Below are positions 49,301 through 62,482 of a stretch of 64,000 nt of DNA, piece after piece. Source of the stretch: Antedon mediterranea (lineage: Eukaryota > Animalia > Echinodermata). The first letter of the stretch is position 1. Each line of letters begins with the position of its first letter. The stretch spans positions 5,044,101 to 5,108,100 of the forward strand of contig NC_092677.1 of the NCBI RefSeq assembly GCF_964355755.1, given 5' to 3'. The translations under genes were made by a program, and so were the position numbers. The notes beneath the pieces are model-generated. The model had not been told where the DNA came from and did not search any database. It saw only the letters and a list, made by a program, of their open reading frames with translations.

Positions 49301-49507
49301 AAACCATTGCTAATGAAAGTTCCTCAACCAAAATTTCCACGCTATAGATGTGAGGAAAAGAGCAAAAATGTTATATATCTGCATTTCAGGAATGTTCAAC
49401 CTAAATTTGAAGCAGAATACAAATGTGAAGTGAAAGTTGAAGGAAGACAGAAAATATATAAAAGTTCTGGATGGTTAAAAGTTATTGCTCCTCAATCTTC
49501 ACGGTAA
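34325..49507 (+). CDS. Gene D: paralog of gene B's TM/post-TM region with 5 tandem Ig exons; 5' end not found (truncated gene or recent pseudogene)
   Basis: Exons 34325-34414 (TM), 35482-35742, 36111-36147, 36292-36382, 37732-37786, 38547-38565, 39668-39681, 40226-40357, 43932-44237, 44391-44702, 44986-45297, 45530-45817, 45973-46281, 49170-49507. Same order and phases as gene B, with no in-frame stops. Confidence 0.6.
34782..35124. mobile_element. TTAA-flanked MITE (Kolobok-like)
   Basis: TTAA-AGATATATTGTCCCCC ... GGGGGACAATATATCT-TTAA. Confidence 0.8.
36415..37329. mobile_element. ~0.9-kb TIR element
   Basis: GTGAACCTGAAATGGATTTTCGATTTT ... AAAATCAAAAATCCATTTCAGGTCCAC. Confidence 0.65.
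42283..43020 (+). mobile_element. piggyBac-like non-autonomous remnant
   Basis: TCACCGCCA... left end and ...TGGCGGTGAAAGTG-TTAA right end. Internal MIRKQHNVLTADEAIAEILAESDSENE resembles the acidic N-terminus of piggyBac transposases. Confidence 0.45.
43932..46281 (+). repeat. Tandem array of five Ig exon+intron units (~450-600 bp period)
   Basis: Five similar ORFs GI(E/K)ME..MKC.Y.P...KWKKI...DxGxYxC with conserved introns; partial duplicate at ~44806-44880. Confidence 0.9.
47403..47663 (+). mobile_element. tRNA-derived SINE
   Basis: A-box TGGCGCAGTGTG, B-box GGTTCGAATCC, core CCCAGGTGTATAAAATGGGTAC, (ATT)n tail. Confidence 0.7.
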
Positions 49508-52199
49508 TTTACTAATTTACAGCCAAACTAATACTGTATCTTTATGGTAATTTACTTCAGAACTATGTCGATTGAGGTATCTCTAAAATAACAAGGGCTT
49601 AATTTTTACACTAAATGAATATTCATTTTCATTAAAATTTTTATGTGTTTGATATTTCGTATTAGCATGCTGTCAGAGTGTGCAAATCCTGTGCATCAAA
49701 ACATAATTATTACTCTTGTTAGATTAAAATCAAATAATACATTTTGCAATGCATTTTTATGGTAAGCTTAAATTTGAAATTCGAATTAAACCCAACCGAA
49801 ATTATTATTTCTCAACATTTGAGATCCCCCTCGGAAAATGTTTTTTTCTCGATGGATTATATGTTCCCAAAGCACATTGCCCTGAGCGAAAATGGGTGTC
49901 TAGAAAACTCAGATCTCAGATATATCTGAGTTTTCTAGATCTAGAAAAGTCAGATATCTGAGTTTTCTAGATCTTTATCATGCATATAACCTCTTGATTC
50001 ACAATCTTTATTTGTTTATTTATTCTTTCCTTAGCACTATTTTGTCCGTCAATTATCTTGATATCAGTTTCATCTAGCTAAGTCAATTTTTCAGAGTATA
50101 TTCCTTATGGCCAGGAATCGATGGTTATGTTTTCAAGGTGAGCAATCAAAAATTACGCTGGTCTACGCATGTTTTAACGTAATCACATTTGTAATCATAT
50201 CTTCACAAGCATGAATTACAATTAAACAAAATTTGGTACTCATAAATTTCAGGTCATATTTCATCATTTGGCAATACAATGACGTGCGTAGCGCATATAA
50301 CGCATGCGTACGCACGCTTAAAATTATCAAAATTTTCAAAATTTATTTTCGATGAAATTAGAGTACGTTTCAGGCAATTTTAAGCGTTTAAAAAATTGCC
50401 ACGAGTGCGCAGATTTTTGCACGTGCACTGCGCGTTAAACGTTAATATGCACTATTTTTGTCCGATTTCTGTTGTACAACCTTTCTTTAATAATATCATT
50501 ATATTTTATTCACTTTTCAACGCGAAATTGCGTTATACGAGCACGTCAAAAGTGACAGGCTACGCACGTGTAAGTTAACAAAATGGTGAAAATATGCTAA
50601 ATTTTAAAATTAATATAGATCCGAGATCGAGTCTCACTTTTGGAAATGAAACGAAATAAGATTTTTTTTAATATCCGTATTGTTTGTTCAATTTTATTTC
50701 TTAGTGTATAAATTATACACATTTATAATGAAATCTAGATAAAATGTAACTTATGTCTTTATTATTATGTAACAAATGGTTACGCAGAGGGATCTTTGAT
50801 GGGATTGTGATACCGGCTATTGTATTTGCATTAGCAAGATCCTATCATATATTATAAATAATTAAAGATTCTGAGAAAATCAATCAATCAATATATCTTT
50901 TAAAAATCATTTATCTTTATTTAAATCAATGCATATAACCTATAATTCGTCATAGTGACGGATTAAATCTAGTTATTGATTATATCTCTAGATGAGGTCA
51001 AAGTTCAAAAAGCCATAAATGGTAGTATGAGCCACTTTTGGACAAAATGTTTTATTAGACTGACACTAAATATATGTTTTGAATAATTTGACATTAAAGT
51101 GAACCCTGCCAATTGGATTTTTTTCATACCGGTCGGTTATCATTTATAACTTACCGTTTACTCCGTTATAACGAACGCTAGTGATGTGATGCTATTTCAA
51201 CCAATCGAACTATATCATTTATATTTTATTTACGAATACTGGTACATAATCTTGCGCACTCTAATTCCATCTCAGTCTTACTTTTTATTTTTAAAGTGTC
51301 CAACTTTTTTGACAGGCAGGTATTTAAATATTTCCATCGATACATAAAAAACAAAACGTTGTACACAGTGGAAAGACTGCACACAGACCTACTTGTTTGT
51401 CTTTTACATTAAATCTGTATATCGGAAATTGACCAGATTTATGTTTGTAAACCGATTGAAATAACCTAATTGCTCTGGTAAAGCCGTCGACATCCAATGT
51501 ATCATTAATAGTGGCATAATTCATGTAGTACGGCTTCTCAGATTATTTGTTGCAATACACTGACAGAATTGAATGAGTTGTAACAATCTTTTAAATTTAT
51601 ATATTTACAAAAAATTTTATACTTGGTTTTTTTTCATTTGCAAATTGTTAATTATGATACCAATAGTACCAAGTAACACCTTGTGAGAAACATTAACATG
51701 GCGTACAGTATATGGATTGTTTGCTGTATGCCATGAATTCTAATCCCATGAGACCGATATATACAGAGTAAAAAGAACTAAAAAACTATTAAATAGAATA
51801 GGTTGCCAAAGGTAATACGTCTAAGACATCCAGTTTTGTAACACTACTACGGACTGAGTCACTGTCCAATATTGGTCTGCATTAATTTAAATGTTTGAGA
51901 ATCAAAAGGAAAGAGTTCAATTTATTTTGAAAATGTGTATGTATACACAGAAAAATAGCTTAATCTATCTTACCCATAGTAAACTGTTATTACTGAGCAC
52001 AGACACAGCACATAAAAAAAACACACGGCCAAACAACATTGAGATCTTAACTCCATGCCAGCCATGACAGAACATACAGAGACTGCACCCTGGCTCGTTC
52101 ATCACACATACAGTTTAGCTATGAACTTTGGAATACATCAAAGAAAATGAAATTAGGGTGTAAAATTAAACTCATTTAATTCTCAATCAAACAGTTTTG

Positions 52200-53195
52200 G
52201 TTTTAGATCAGTGCATACACATTCTATTCGAATTGTGAACAAAAATGCTCATCATTTTAAATGTTTTTAGATAAAATTGTGTGTCTACATATGTTTTGTT
52301 TAGTTAATATAGTATAGATACCAATTCTTTTGTTTGCTGTGTTTTTATCTTGCTATATTATATTATATATATATTATATGAATATCTTTGAAATAAAAAA
52401 TGATTGAAAAATAATATATATCTCAATTACAATATACACATATACAATTACACACAAGTCTTACATTAGTGAATAATACTAACGAAAATACTTTATCATT
52501 TAAAATGTTTTTATATAAAGTTTGTGTCTACATAATCTTTATTTACAGGTACAGTAATAGTATAGATACCAATTATTGTGTTTGCTGTGTTTTTATCTTG
52601 CTTATATTCTATATTATATGAACACTATTTTGAAATAAAAATGAATGAAAAATAGGATACATCTCGACTACAGTAGTGCACACAGTGTGTTCTTACATTA
52701 GTTAATACACATTCTGTTTGAATTGTAACAAAGAAATACTGTATCATTTAAAGATGTATTGTCCCCCTAAAAAAATAATTTTTTCAAAATGTTGTTTGTT
52801 GAATATGCCATTTTATTCTCACATAATAGTTATCCAGTTGACTAAAAATTGGATCTAAACAAAATGTATTTACCTGAAAAACTGTAATTTAAAGCAAAAA
52901 AGGTCAATTTTTGGTTGCATTTACCCATTTATTATGTTATTTTATAAGTGAAAACATTTTATTTCGCTTTTTTTTTCTACGGAAGTGATTAACTTTATTA
53001 AAACTACAAAATAACCTGATTTATGTCTTCTTCATTTTTCATGTTTTTGGGGGACAATACATCTTTAAATTTGTCTTGGATAAAAGTTTGTGTTTACATA
53101 ATTTGTGTTTAAAGTAAATAGTAGTATAGATACCAATGCTTGTGTTTGTTGTGTTTTATCTTTTATTATTACTGAAATAAAAGAATGGATGAAAT
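52200..53195. repeat. ~240-bp tandem repeat (~3 copies), third copy interrupted by a MITE
   Basis: TGTCTACATA..AGTATAGATACCAAT..TGTGTTTTTATCTT recurs at ~52280, ~52525 and ~53090. Confidence 0.6.
52748..53068. mobile_element. TTAA-flanked MITE (Kolobok-like)
   Basis: TTAA-AGATGTATTGTCCCCC ... GGGGGACAATACATCT-TTAA. Confidence 0.8.
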
Positions 53196-53217
53196 ATAGT
53201 TTTTCTAGTGCACCAAC

Positions 53218-53818
53218 TTGATTGTGTTCTGTACTCCAGCCACTATGCTGCCATTCTTCAAGATCAATACACAGTGCCAACACTGCTCCATGAGTTGCTA
53301 AAATCTGATTACATGACATGCCATCCTCACTCTTTACGTAAAAAAACAGTAAAGTAAATTAAAAAAATTGTAACATATCAATTAAAACATGCACTACTAC
53401 TTTTCATAGTATATAGCGGTTGGAGATGATACATACAAAAGCCAAGAACAAAACTCTGACTTTAGAGTGAAAAGCTGTTCCTCTTTAATTAAAGTATACC
53501 ATGTAGGTCACCCAATCATCATTGTACTGTTCATTCCATGTATAAATAAGATCATGTTCTATTTGTACAGTTAATATTGTTAATTATTGATTTAAATACA
53601 GTACAGTAAATATAAATTACTGTTTACAGTAGGTAATAATATTCCATTTGACAATTTATAGAGACTATTTTAAAGTTAATGTGTTTGCATGTATTGAATT
53701 TAATATTTACCCAAATCCTAATTGTGCCATCTTCAGAGCCTGTGATCCATTTCTATTCCATCTAACTTTAGTGCTCTCTGCATCATGACCTTGAATGGTA
53801 TTGCACAAGGTGATTTCA
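53218..53818 (-). pseudogene. Two frameshifted WD40-repeat exon remnants
   Basis: 53818-53711 reads EITLCNTIQGHDAESTKVRWNR/fs/WITGSEDGTIRIW (GH...IRIW WD40 signature). 53331-53218 reads SEDGMSCNQILATHGAVLALCID/fs/LKNGSIVAGVQNTI. AG/GT boundaries present. Confidence 0.55.
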
Positions 53819-56800
53819 CTGATACAGTATACACAATACTATCTCACAATACTATCTCACAATACATCACTACTACTGTTTATTTATCAAAGGTATTCAT
53901 TCCAAAACGTTTTACTAAGTTACTGGGAATTATGAGTAGCTAACATTATCTAGCATTGTTTTATTATATTGTTTTTATTATGAATGTGTGGATAATTGAC
54001 GATGCTTTAAAACTTTTCTGTCGGCAAATTAAACGATCCTCTCTGTCTTGATTGTAAACTGCCATTAATTATTTTAAGCTTGGTGTTTCTTTTGAAGTCA
54101 TGATTGCGTGTGCTAATAGCGAAACAAAATGATTAAACCAACACAGTGTACATCGTTATATACCATTAAAAAAACTTTTATTGTGTTTGCATACTATTGT
54201 TTTCCGCGTGACTTTCATATACAAAAACTTCTTTATTATACTTGTAAGTTACTTTATTATTACTTTACAGACAGGAGTTTTCTTGCAATATACGGATGTA
54301 ACATACAGTATGTTTACGTTTAAAGATCGGCTATACGCATGATTTCAGATATTATATTCGGTTAAATCTTTGACCTATGGATATAGGAAAATAGGACTAC
54401 ATAAATTAAAAGCGTTTAAAAAAATCACAACAAAAAAATATAAATTTCTCTTAAAATACTTGGCAGAATTCTTCTAAACAAAACCAGTAAGACTTTTTTG
54501 TTAGTACAGTAGATTGGTTTTTTGTGGTTATGATCAATATAACTTTTGCCCGCATCTGGTATGTTGCAGAATCACTCTAGCACAAATAAAAAAAAACAAC
54601 AACCTGTAAGTATTAGCTACAACATAAGCACCTCATTAATTTTATCAAGCATTGTCTGGTTTTGTTTGACGGTATTAGGCCTACAGTATTCTAATGTTTA
54701 TGAGTTTATATAGTACAAATAACAAGTACACACTTTCACAAACGTTTTTGATTACTACTTGTAAATAATAACATGAGTTATCGTTCTAACGAGTAGTTAC
54801 TTACTTTCAATACAACATTAATGACAAAAAGATAGATTGACTTTTCTATTTTTAGACCATCATGAAACTATTCAAGTTCAAGTAAAAAAACGTAATTACA
54901 ATAATAAACTGTACATACATTATAGACGTAGGCCTAAACAACATTATTATTGTGGTGTGGTGCAGCTGACCCCTTATAAAACAGTTGGTCATTAGGGCTA
55001 CTCGGCACTGATTATCTGCATTTAACTGTAGGCTTTAATTTTAGTTTTTCTCTAAGTTTTTTTGAGAGCCATAGTACATAATACAAGCAGGTCCCTGATA
55101 CAAGTATATATGTATCAATGTGTCGACCGATTCACTGTTTATATTAGACATTAAATTGCTTAAAAATGAAGGGTCCATAGTGGATACAAGTGTGCCCTTT
55201 GGCATGTTGATAGAACATGATATGGAGATGCCAAAACAAAGTTACTGAAAATCTGATTTGACCTCTGTGACCTCTGACCTCAGTTTCGGCAGCGGGTTTG
55301 ACAATTGAAATGATATTGGTGTCAAATAGATCAGAGGGTACATATTTATATTCGCTATAATAGAACTTTTTTTTTAAAAACGACAGGAAATGAAATTTTT
55401 GAATATTTTGACCTTTCACCTTGGCTTACTGTATCTCAATAACTACTGGTCAAAATTTCTTGAAATTTGTTTTAAATTGTTAACAGCATACATATTTATA
55501 TATACTCTAATTAAACATGTTCTTCCAAATTCACAGGAAATGTCATTTACTGACCTTTGACCTTTAATGTTTGAATATGTCTGTATCTCTTTAACCAAAT
55601 GTCATAAAAAGTTCAGTTTGGTGTCAAATTGTTCAGAATGTAAACATTTATATTAGCTCTAATAGAAGATGTTATCATATTTTTACTGGAAATGCCAGTT
55701 ATCAAAGTTTGAGGTATGACCAGGATATACTGTTACATATCACTTTCTGATCAGTGGTTGATGAGATATTCATATGGCCAATTTCTTGACCAGTGGTGTG
55801 GTCAGAAGGGGTTTCTGTCCACTTTTGGCAAAAGTTTCCCATTAGATTGAATAGAAATATAGGTCTTCTGAGTAGTTTTGCACAAACAATTATAATCCAA
55901 TACACCCAGAAATTATCAAGTTACGCACAGTTCTAACTTTGACCATATTGACTGACAGTACTGACCAAGTATCCCAATTTTTTATCGACCAATAGCAAAA
56001 AATTGATTTGTATTGATAAAGGAAGCAAAAACATAGTTTGCTAGAGGGTGCAGGTGAACCCTTTATTGCTCCCCAACTATGTATACTAAATATATATAAA
56101 CAAGAGTCACGTAGTTACGCTTATTTGACAATTCAGGCGTTCCATAATACCCTATTGGAAAAAATGGATTGCTATAAAACAGTCTTAACTCCCGGATTAA
56201 AGCCGGCTTTATCAGATAGACGGTCTTACTAAAGTCACCCCTTTTAGACCATTGCTATAAAACAGTCTTAAAGTAACAAATTGAGGGCGTACTTTGCGCG
56301 TAGAAAACCAAATGATGTTCGTCACGCTTGTTCAATTCACAATCATAACTTACAGTACGTACATTTCTACGCCAGAAAATCTATTTCTAGGCTTATATAA
56401 GAATAAAATCACCGTTATTATTAGATTTAACACTTAAAACTCGTTCAATTGGTTGTCTTTGACGATAAATAATACGTAAAAGAACAAAAAGAGAGGTTTA
56501 AGACTGTTTTAAGACTCATTCGAGTAGGCTTTAATTTTAAAGACCGCTTACAGGTTAGACCGCGGTATTATAGCATGCAATGGTCTATAAATAAAGACTA
56601 CTTGCTACGTCACGAAAATTATAGCCGGCTAAGCGCTAAGACCGGTTATAGACCGCTTATACTCCGCCCCTGAAGTAGTACGTAGAGGCGCGGCTCTAGG
56701 CCTATTTTTTTTTAGCAGCAGAAGTAATTAAACCTGTACTGTAACTATGGATAGGCTATAACCCCATTCTATTTCCAATTGTAAGGAAATCTTTTCTCAA

Positions 56801-56979
56801 GAGAGGTGAGTCAACGACATTGCCTAATCGGCCTAGGCAAGCTAGATACGTCGGATACTTAGTACTAGGCCGCTGAAAATAGGGATCCAGTCAAGTCGCC
56901 CCATCGCAAAGTCGCCCCATATAAAGTCGCCCAATACAAAGTCGCCCCATCCCAAAGTCGCCCCATCGTCGCAAAGTCG

Positions 56980-59900
56980 TCTCAACAACTCAATACTAAA
57001 GATCAGAAAAAGATATGGGAAAATATTAAATTAATTATTCCTGGCAAAATTAAAAGCATGAATATAACAAGTATTAAAACCACAAATGATGAAGAAAATG
57101 TAGTCTGGGCTCCAGACGGAGTTTTGTAAAAATATAAATATTTTTGCACATATGGCGTTTCATACGTGTATTACTTGAGTTTGGATACTCCGTCTGGGGA
57201 AACACGCATAAGTCACGTGGTTTGACACCAAGAATTCTTGGTGCATAAATTATCCAGTTGACTAGTTTCAGCCGCATGCCATTGGCTACTCACTCGTACG
57301 TCGTTTTAATATTCATATTTCAGACTTTCAAAGACTCAACATCTAAGACGATGCGCATGCGCTATGTTACGTTTAGACAATGTGTACTTGGCCTGGTTGG
57401 GTACATTGATGAAAGTTTCTGAAGGCTAGAAATGATTTTATATGCCTAGTAGTCTGGTAAACATTTGATGAGATTTTTCCCAAGAACATGAAAACTCGTC
57501 TTGATATGATAGGATAGCTTCTCCGCCAAATCAAACTTTGAATGGATCATTTATTATGCGGAGAAAATTTGATTTAATTCCAACCCAGACCCTGTCCTGT
57601 TCTGTGTGGTGGTGTAGCCCTGTTGTGTGCCGGTCGATAGTGGTATGTACCTTATTGGCGTTTTATTTGGCAGGTCATACGTACGAGTTGAGTAGCCCTA
57701 CGAAGGAGGCCTAGGCCAGGACTAAACAATTAATAAACAAAACAACTTGGCAACACGATTTTATATTTCAACAGTTGTTCAGTCTCGATCGTACATTCAG
57801 CACTGTACGTACGTACTCGATATTTTTCATTTTGAAACAAAATGATCATTGGTTGATTCGAAATCCATATTTACATACCGCCCGCCCCATATAGCCAAAT
57901 ACGGTATGATAACCTACGTCATTCTTATTGGATATTTGCGGTCTGCAAATCGATTTCTATACGTGTTTCACAAGTCTGTATTTTCAGACAAAAATCGCGG
58001 TCGAAATAAAAACAAATAAATAAAAAAAAAAGACAAAAAATACAGACTTGGGGCAAGTCTAAAGAAAATGATGAAACTATTAACTCTAACTAATTCTAAA
58101 GATATTGCAAATGTATTAAATAAATATTTTGCCAATGTGGGTCCAACATTAGCTCAAAGTATTCAATCTACTAATCAACTCTCTAACTTTACTAATGATT
58201 TAAATAATACTAACGACAAATTAACTTTTAAATATGTTAATAAACAAGACATACATAAACTTCTTAACTCACTTTCATCAAAAAAAGCAACTGGAACTGA
58301 TGAAATACCAGCTAATCTTCTAAAAATCGCTATCGATGAAATTGTTTACCCAATAACATATATAATTAATTTATCTTTAAAAAATTTAACCTTTCCAAAC
58401 CAATGGAAAAGGGCCAAGATCTGCCCTCTTCATAAAGGTGGAAATAAAAATGAATGTAATAACTATAGGCCAATTTCAATTCTCCCAGTATAATCTAATG
58501 TTCTTGAAAAAGTTGTATTTGAACAAGTTTATGATTTCCTAAATCTAAACAAAATGCTATATGAAAATCAGTCTGGGTTTAGACCAGGCTACTCAACTAC
58601 GACTGCATTGCTTAATATCACAGAGACCTGGCTAGAAGCCATTGACAAAGGAAATTATATTGGGTTAGTAATGATAGACTTGAAAAAGGCTTTTGATACA
58701 GTAAATCACAGTATTCTTATCAATAAACTAAGATCTTTCAATTTTTATTCAAATGTTATTCAGTGGTTTGAAAACTACCTGCATAATCGTGTACATATAA
58801 CCATGGTGATTTTTCTGATGAAAGTCACAGTATATGTGGAATTCCTCAGGGGTCCATCCTTGGACCATTATTGTTTCTCCTTTATGTTAATGACTTGCCT
58901 AATGCTGTAAATAAATGCTCTGTTTCTATGTATGCTGATGACACTGCCATATACTACACTTCCAATAATATTAATAACCTTACTGAAACAATAAATTCTG
59001 ACTTATTGTGTCTTAAAAGATGGCTCATATGCAACAAACTTAGCCTAAATGTTAAAAAAACTGAATTTATGTTAATTGGAACGAGTCAGAGGTTAAGTAA
59101 ACTATCTGACTTACAAGTCAACATTAACATAGATGGAGAACCAATCTCTTGTGTAAATAAATGTAAACACCTTGGTGTGATATTAGATAATAATCTTTCT
59201 TGGTGCTCACAAATCGATAATGTAAAATCTAAGGTTTTGCAGAGCTTGTACTACTTAAAAAAGACTAATAATATATTTCCAAAAGAAATTCAATGCAAAC
59301 TATACAAATCACTTATGGCTCCTCATCTTGAGTATTGCCATGTTGTTTGGGGACGTTCGATATAACTCAAAGTAAAACACTACAAGTTCTTCAAAATCGC
59401 GCAGCCAAAAGTTATTACAAACAAATCTCAAACCGACTCTAGTACTCAGCTCTACAAAGTCTAAATTGGATGAACTTAGATGAAAGATTATATATAAATG
59501 AAGCTATTGTTATGTTTAAGATTATGAACAACCTTGCACCTCCATATTTATTAAATAAGTTCAATATCAAAAACAATTACTATAATATTAGAACTAAGCC
59601 AAATTTAATAGTACCAAAACCAAACACAAACTACAAAAAACGTAGCTTATCATATAGAGGTGCCAAGGTTTGGAATGAGCTACATGAAGATATTAAAAAT
59701 GTGAACTCTGTCTCTCTTTTTAAGAAACTGTTAACTGCTAATTTCATGTAGCTTTATTTAAATGTAGTGTATTATTTAATTTTATAGTTAGTAAGTGTAT
59801 CCTTGTTTTATTTCATTGTAATTGTTTTATTATCTGCTTTTGTTTTTTTTGCTTCTGTAATTGTTTTATTATTTTTGATTTGATATCTGCTTTTTACATT

Positions 59901-60007
59901 TATTTTTGTTGGTGTTTTCCTTTGAGCACGGTCTTACTGAAAAACAACTTTTAGTTGAGTTAAGTATCCGTGATTAAATAAAGCTTATTATTATTATTAT
60001 TATTATT
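56980..60007 (+). mobile_element. 5'-truncated non-LTR retrotransposon (CR1/L2-group LINE) with disrupted ORF2 reverse transcriptase
   Basis: RT motifs NYRPISILP, QSGFRPGYST, IDLKKAFDTVNH, YADDT, KHLGV with stops and frameshifts. (TTA)n tail. 15-bp TSD ATCGTCGCAAAGTCG at 56965-56979 and 60008-60022. Confidence 0.92.
57101..58061. mobile_element. Hairpin-ended DNA element inserted in the LINE, 9-bp TSD
   Basis: TAGTCTGGGCTCCAGAC... / ...AGACTTGGGGCAAGTCTA; AAGAAAATG duplicated at 57092-57100 and 58062-58070. Confidence 0.8.
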
Positions 60008-61960
60008 ATCGTCGCAAAGTCGCCCCATCGCAAAGTCGCCCCCGGTTTTATTTCAGTAAGCGCCGCCGGTAGTAGTACGCTGTTTTAATCATATCGGTTG
60101 CGTTTGATGCCGATCGCGTTGTTACTAGACTTTGGTCGCGCTAACTGTCATATACATTATAATGTTTATCCTATTTAATATACATAATTTGTGTTTTAAT
60201 TTCTATTTTACAGGTTTTAATGGAGTAATGTGCTTTTTTAAAATCACTAAAAAAAACAGTTCCTTGTTTGAAAGTTCTAACAAGTTTATCCCTGATTTAT
60301 AGTTTCGAAAATGTTAATATAATATGATTTTAAAATTAGTTACCAGAGCCACATCTTTCTTCAACCTACAAGTGGATACCAGCTCATTTTTTTAGGATCA
60401 TATTTAAATAAATGTGTAAATGTGTAGTAGGCCTTCGTACAGGCCTAAATTAGTTAAAACAAACAGCGTTGTAATGAGTGTTATAGGCTACTTATTGATC
60501 ATTTTGCATTTATTGACGTTATTGAAGTTATATATATTACTGTATGTCTATTGTTATTTAATTTTATTATGACTTTTTAAAATGAAGAAATAAAAAATAC
60601 TAAAAAAAAGGATTTCATCGCTGATATGATCGTTTTACATGCGGGTATTTGAGTAAAATTAAAACGCTACATTTTGACCATGGAAAAACCATCGTGTCGT
60701 GTGCGTGTTTTTTAAAAAGGGGAATCCCTGACGGTCGCAGAAAGACGTAGCAGCTGTGAGGAAACAGATTGGTTTCAAATTGTGAGTCGCCTTTTAATCA
60801 ACAGCACAATGGTCATTTTACTGAAGAAATTCCTTTCAACCCTTTTGGTTATAGAACATTCTAATTATCATACCTAATAAATATCCTCATATCGGGTGTT
60901 TTAAATTAAACAAGACAGTGAAGAGGCACGGAATAATACGTACACGGACGTACGACGAATACGCACACGCATGTCATCATTTACGACATATACTTATAGT
61001 GGTGATATATATAATGGATAATGATGGGATTGCCTTTCCAGGCTTATAATCAAATGTTCATTGTAATACTAATAGTAAACTGAATGTTTATAAATAAACG
61101 TAGCAGACGTAGCCTACGTTCCCTATAAAATATTTCACGTTTAAATAAGTACATGTACTGTTAAATGACATTATGCCGAATTATACTATAATCTTAAACT
61201 ATTTTTACAAATTGTCATTTTTTAAGGCACACATCTTTCTCATAGATCTGTAAAATAAAAAAAAAATCAATTATTAATATAATAATAATAAATGTTCATC
61301 GACCAAAGTAAAAATAATCTAGATCGTAACATCATTTTATCGTGACCAAAATAAACGCGACCGATTTCGAACGTGACTGATATCATCGTAAAATGTCGGA
61401 GTGACTCCGGCGGGGTTTCCCCTTCTTCAGATGGTGCGTAATTACGGGGGTTTCCCTCTGGTGAGCTAGCGCGTTAGTGCGACCGCGGAGTGATTAGTCA
61501 GGGGGCCTTCCTCTTATGGGAGCGTGCCGATCGTGTGAGATGAGACTACATGGCGGGGCTTACCCTTTTATGCCTACACGTTCTGTGTTATTTTAATAAT
61601 TTTATGGATCATTGCGATATTTTACGCACTTGTTCTAAGAAATCCAACCCCCCCATAATTCTCAACCCCCCCTTAACAACGCATGCGCGAAAAGGGAGTT
61701 TTTCATGTTTATTCAACGATTACACGCTTCACTGATCTTCGCTGGCTTGGAGGGGAGGTTGAAAATTTTAGCTAAGCTAAAACTTTCAACCCCCCCGTGA
61801 AAGTTAACCCCCCCGCCCACCTCCCTTCTCTTTTGACTGACCCTCCCCCATCTCTTATAGCAGAACCATATAGTTACCTAAAAAATAAAAAATAAATAAA
61901 CATGGATATTACGAGGGCCTTTTTATAATCATAATTTTATTTTTTTATGGCCCCAAAACG

Positions 61961-62482
61961 TTAAAGATGTATTGTCCCTTTGACTAATTCCAAAAAAATA
62001 AAAAATAACAGATTTCGAAAAAAGGTGGGTCATTTTGAAGTATCACAAAAATTTGTCGAAAAAAAAATCATTTAACTGAAATACAGACGTTTTTTTGTTA
62101 AAAAAATAACTTTGACTTCCAGTCAAAGTTTTCAATCAAAACATATCCCATAATAAAACGCGCTTGTTTGGCTACTCTGTATGTATAATCATAGAAGTTC
62201 CTCACAATCTGTGTGAAAATACCTTCTCAACCGTGACGAGTTGTAAACAATCATAATTAGCATATGCATAATGCGTACTCGTGGTTTGAAATCTTTGTTT
62301 ACTTTCGCTCATGACGATTTTCCAGACGAAATGTAATCAAACTAATTTACCTGTTAATTACGTAATCTTGTTGCTTTTGGCTCGAATTTTCAACTTAAAG
62401 TGAATAACTTTAATATTACTTTGATATGGCCAATTTAAATTTAGAATATTTTTTTGTGTTTCAAGGGACAATACATCTTTAA
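61961..62482. mobile_element. TTAA-flanked MITE in the foldback spacer
   Basis: TTAA-AGATGTATTGTCCCTT ... AAGGGACAATACATCT-TTAA. Confidence 0.8.

Noticed and set aside
58068-59751. Functional or domesticated reverse transcriptase gene
   Set aside because: 5'-truncated with stops, frameshifts and a nested insertion; an ordinary dead LINE.
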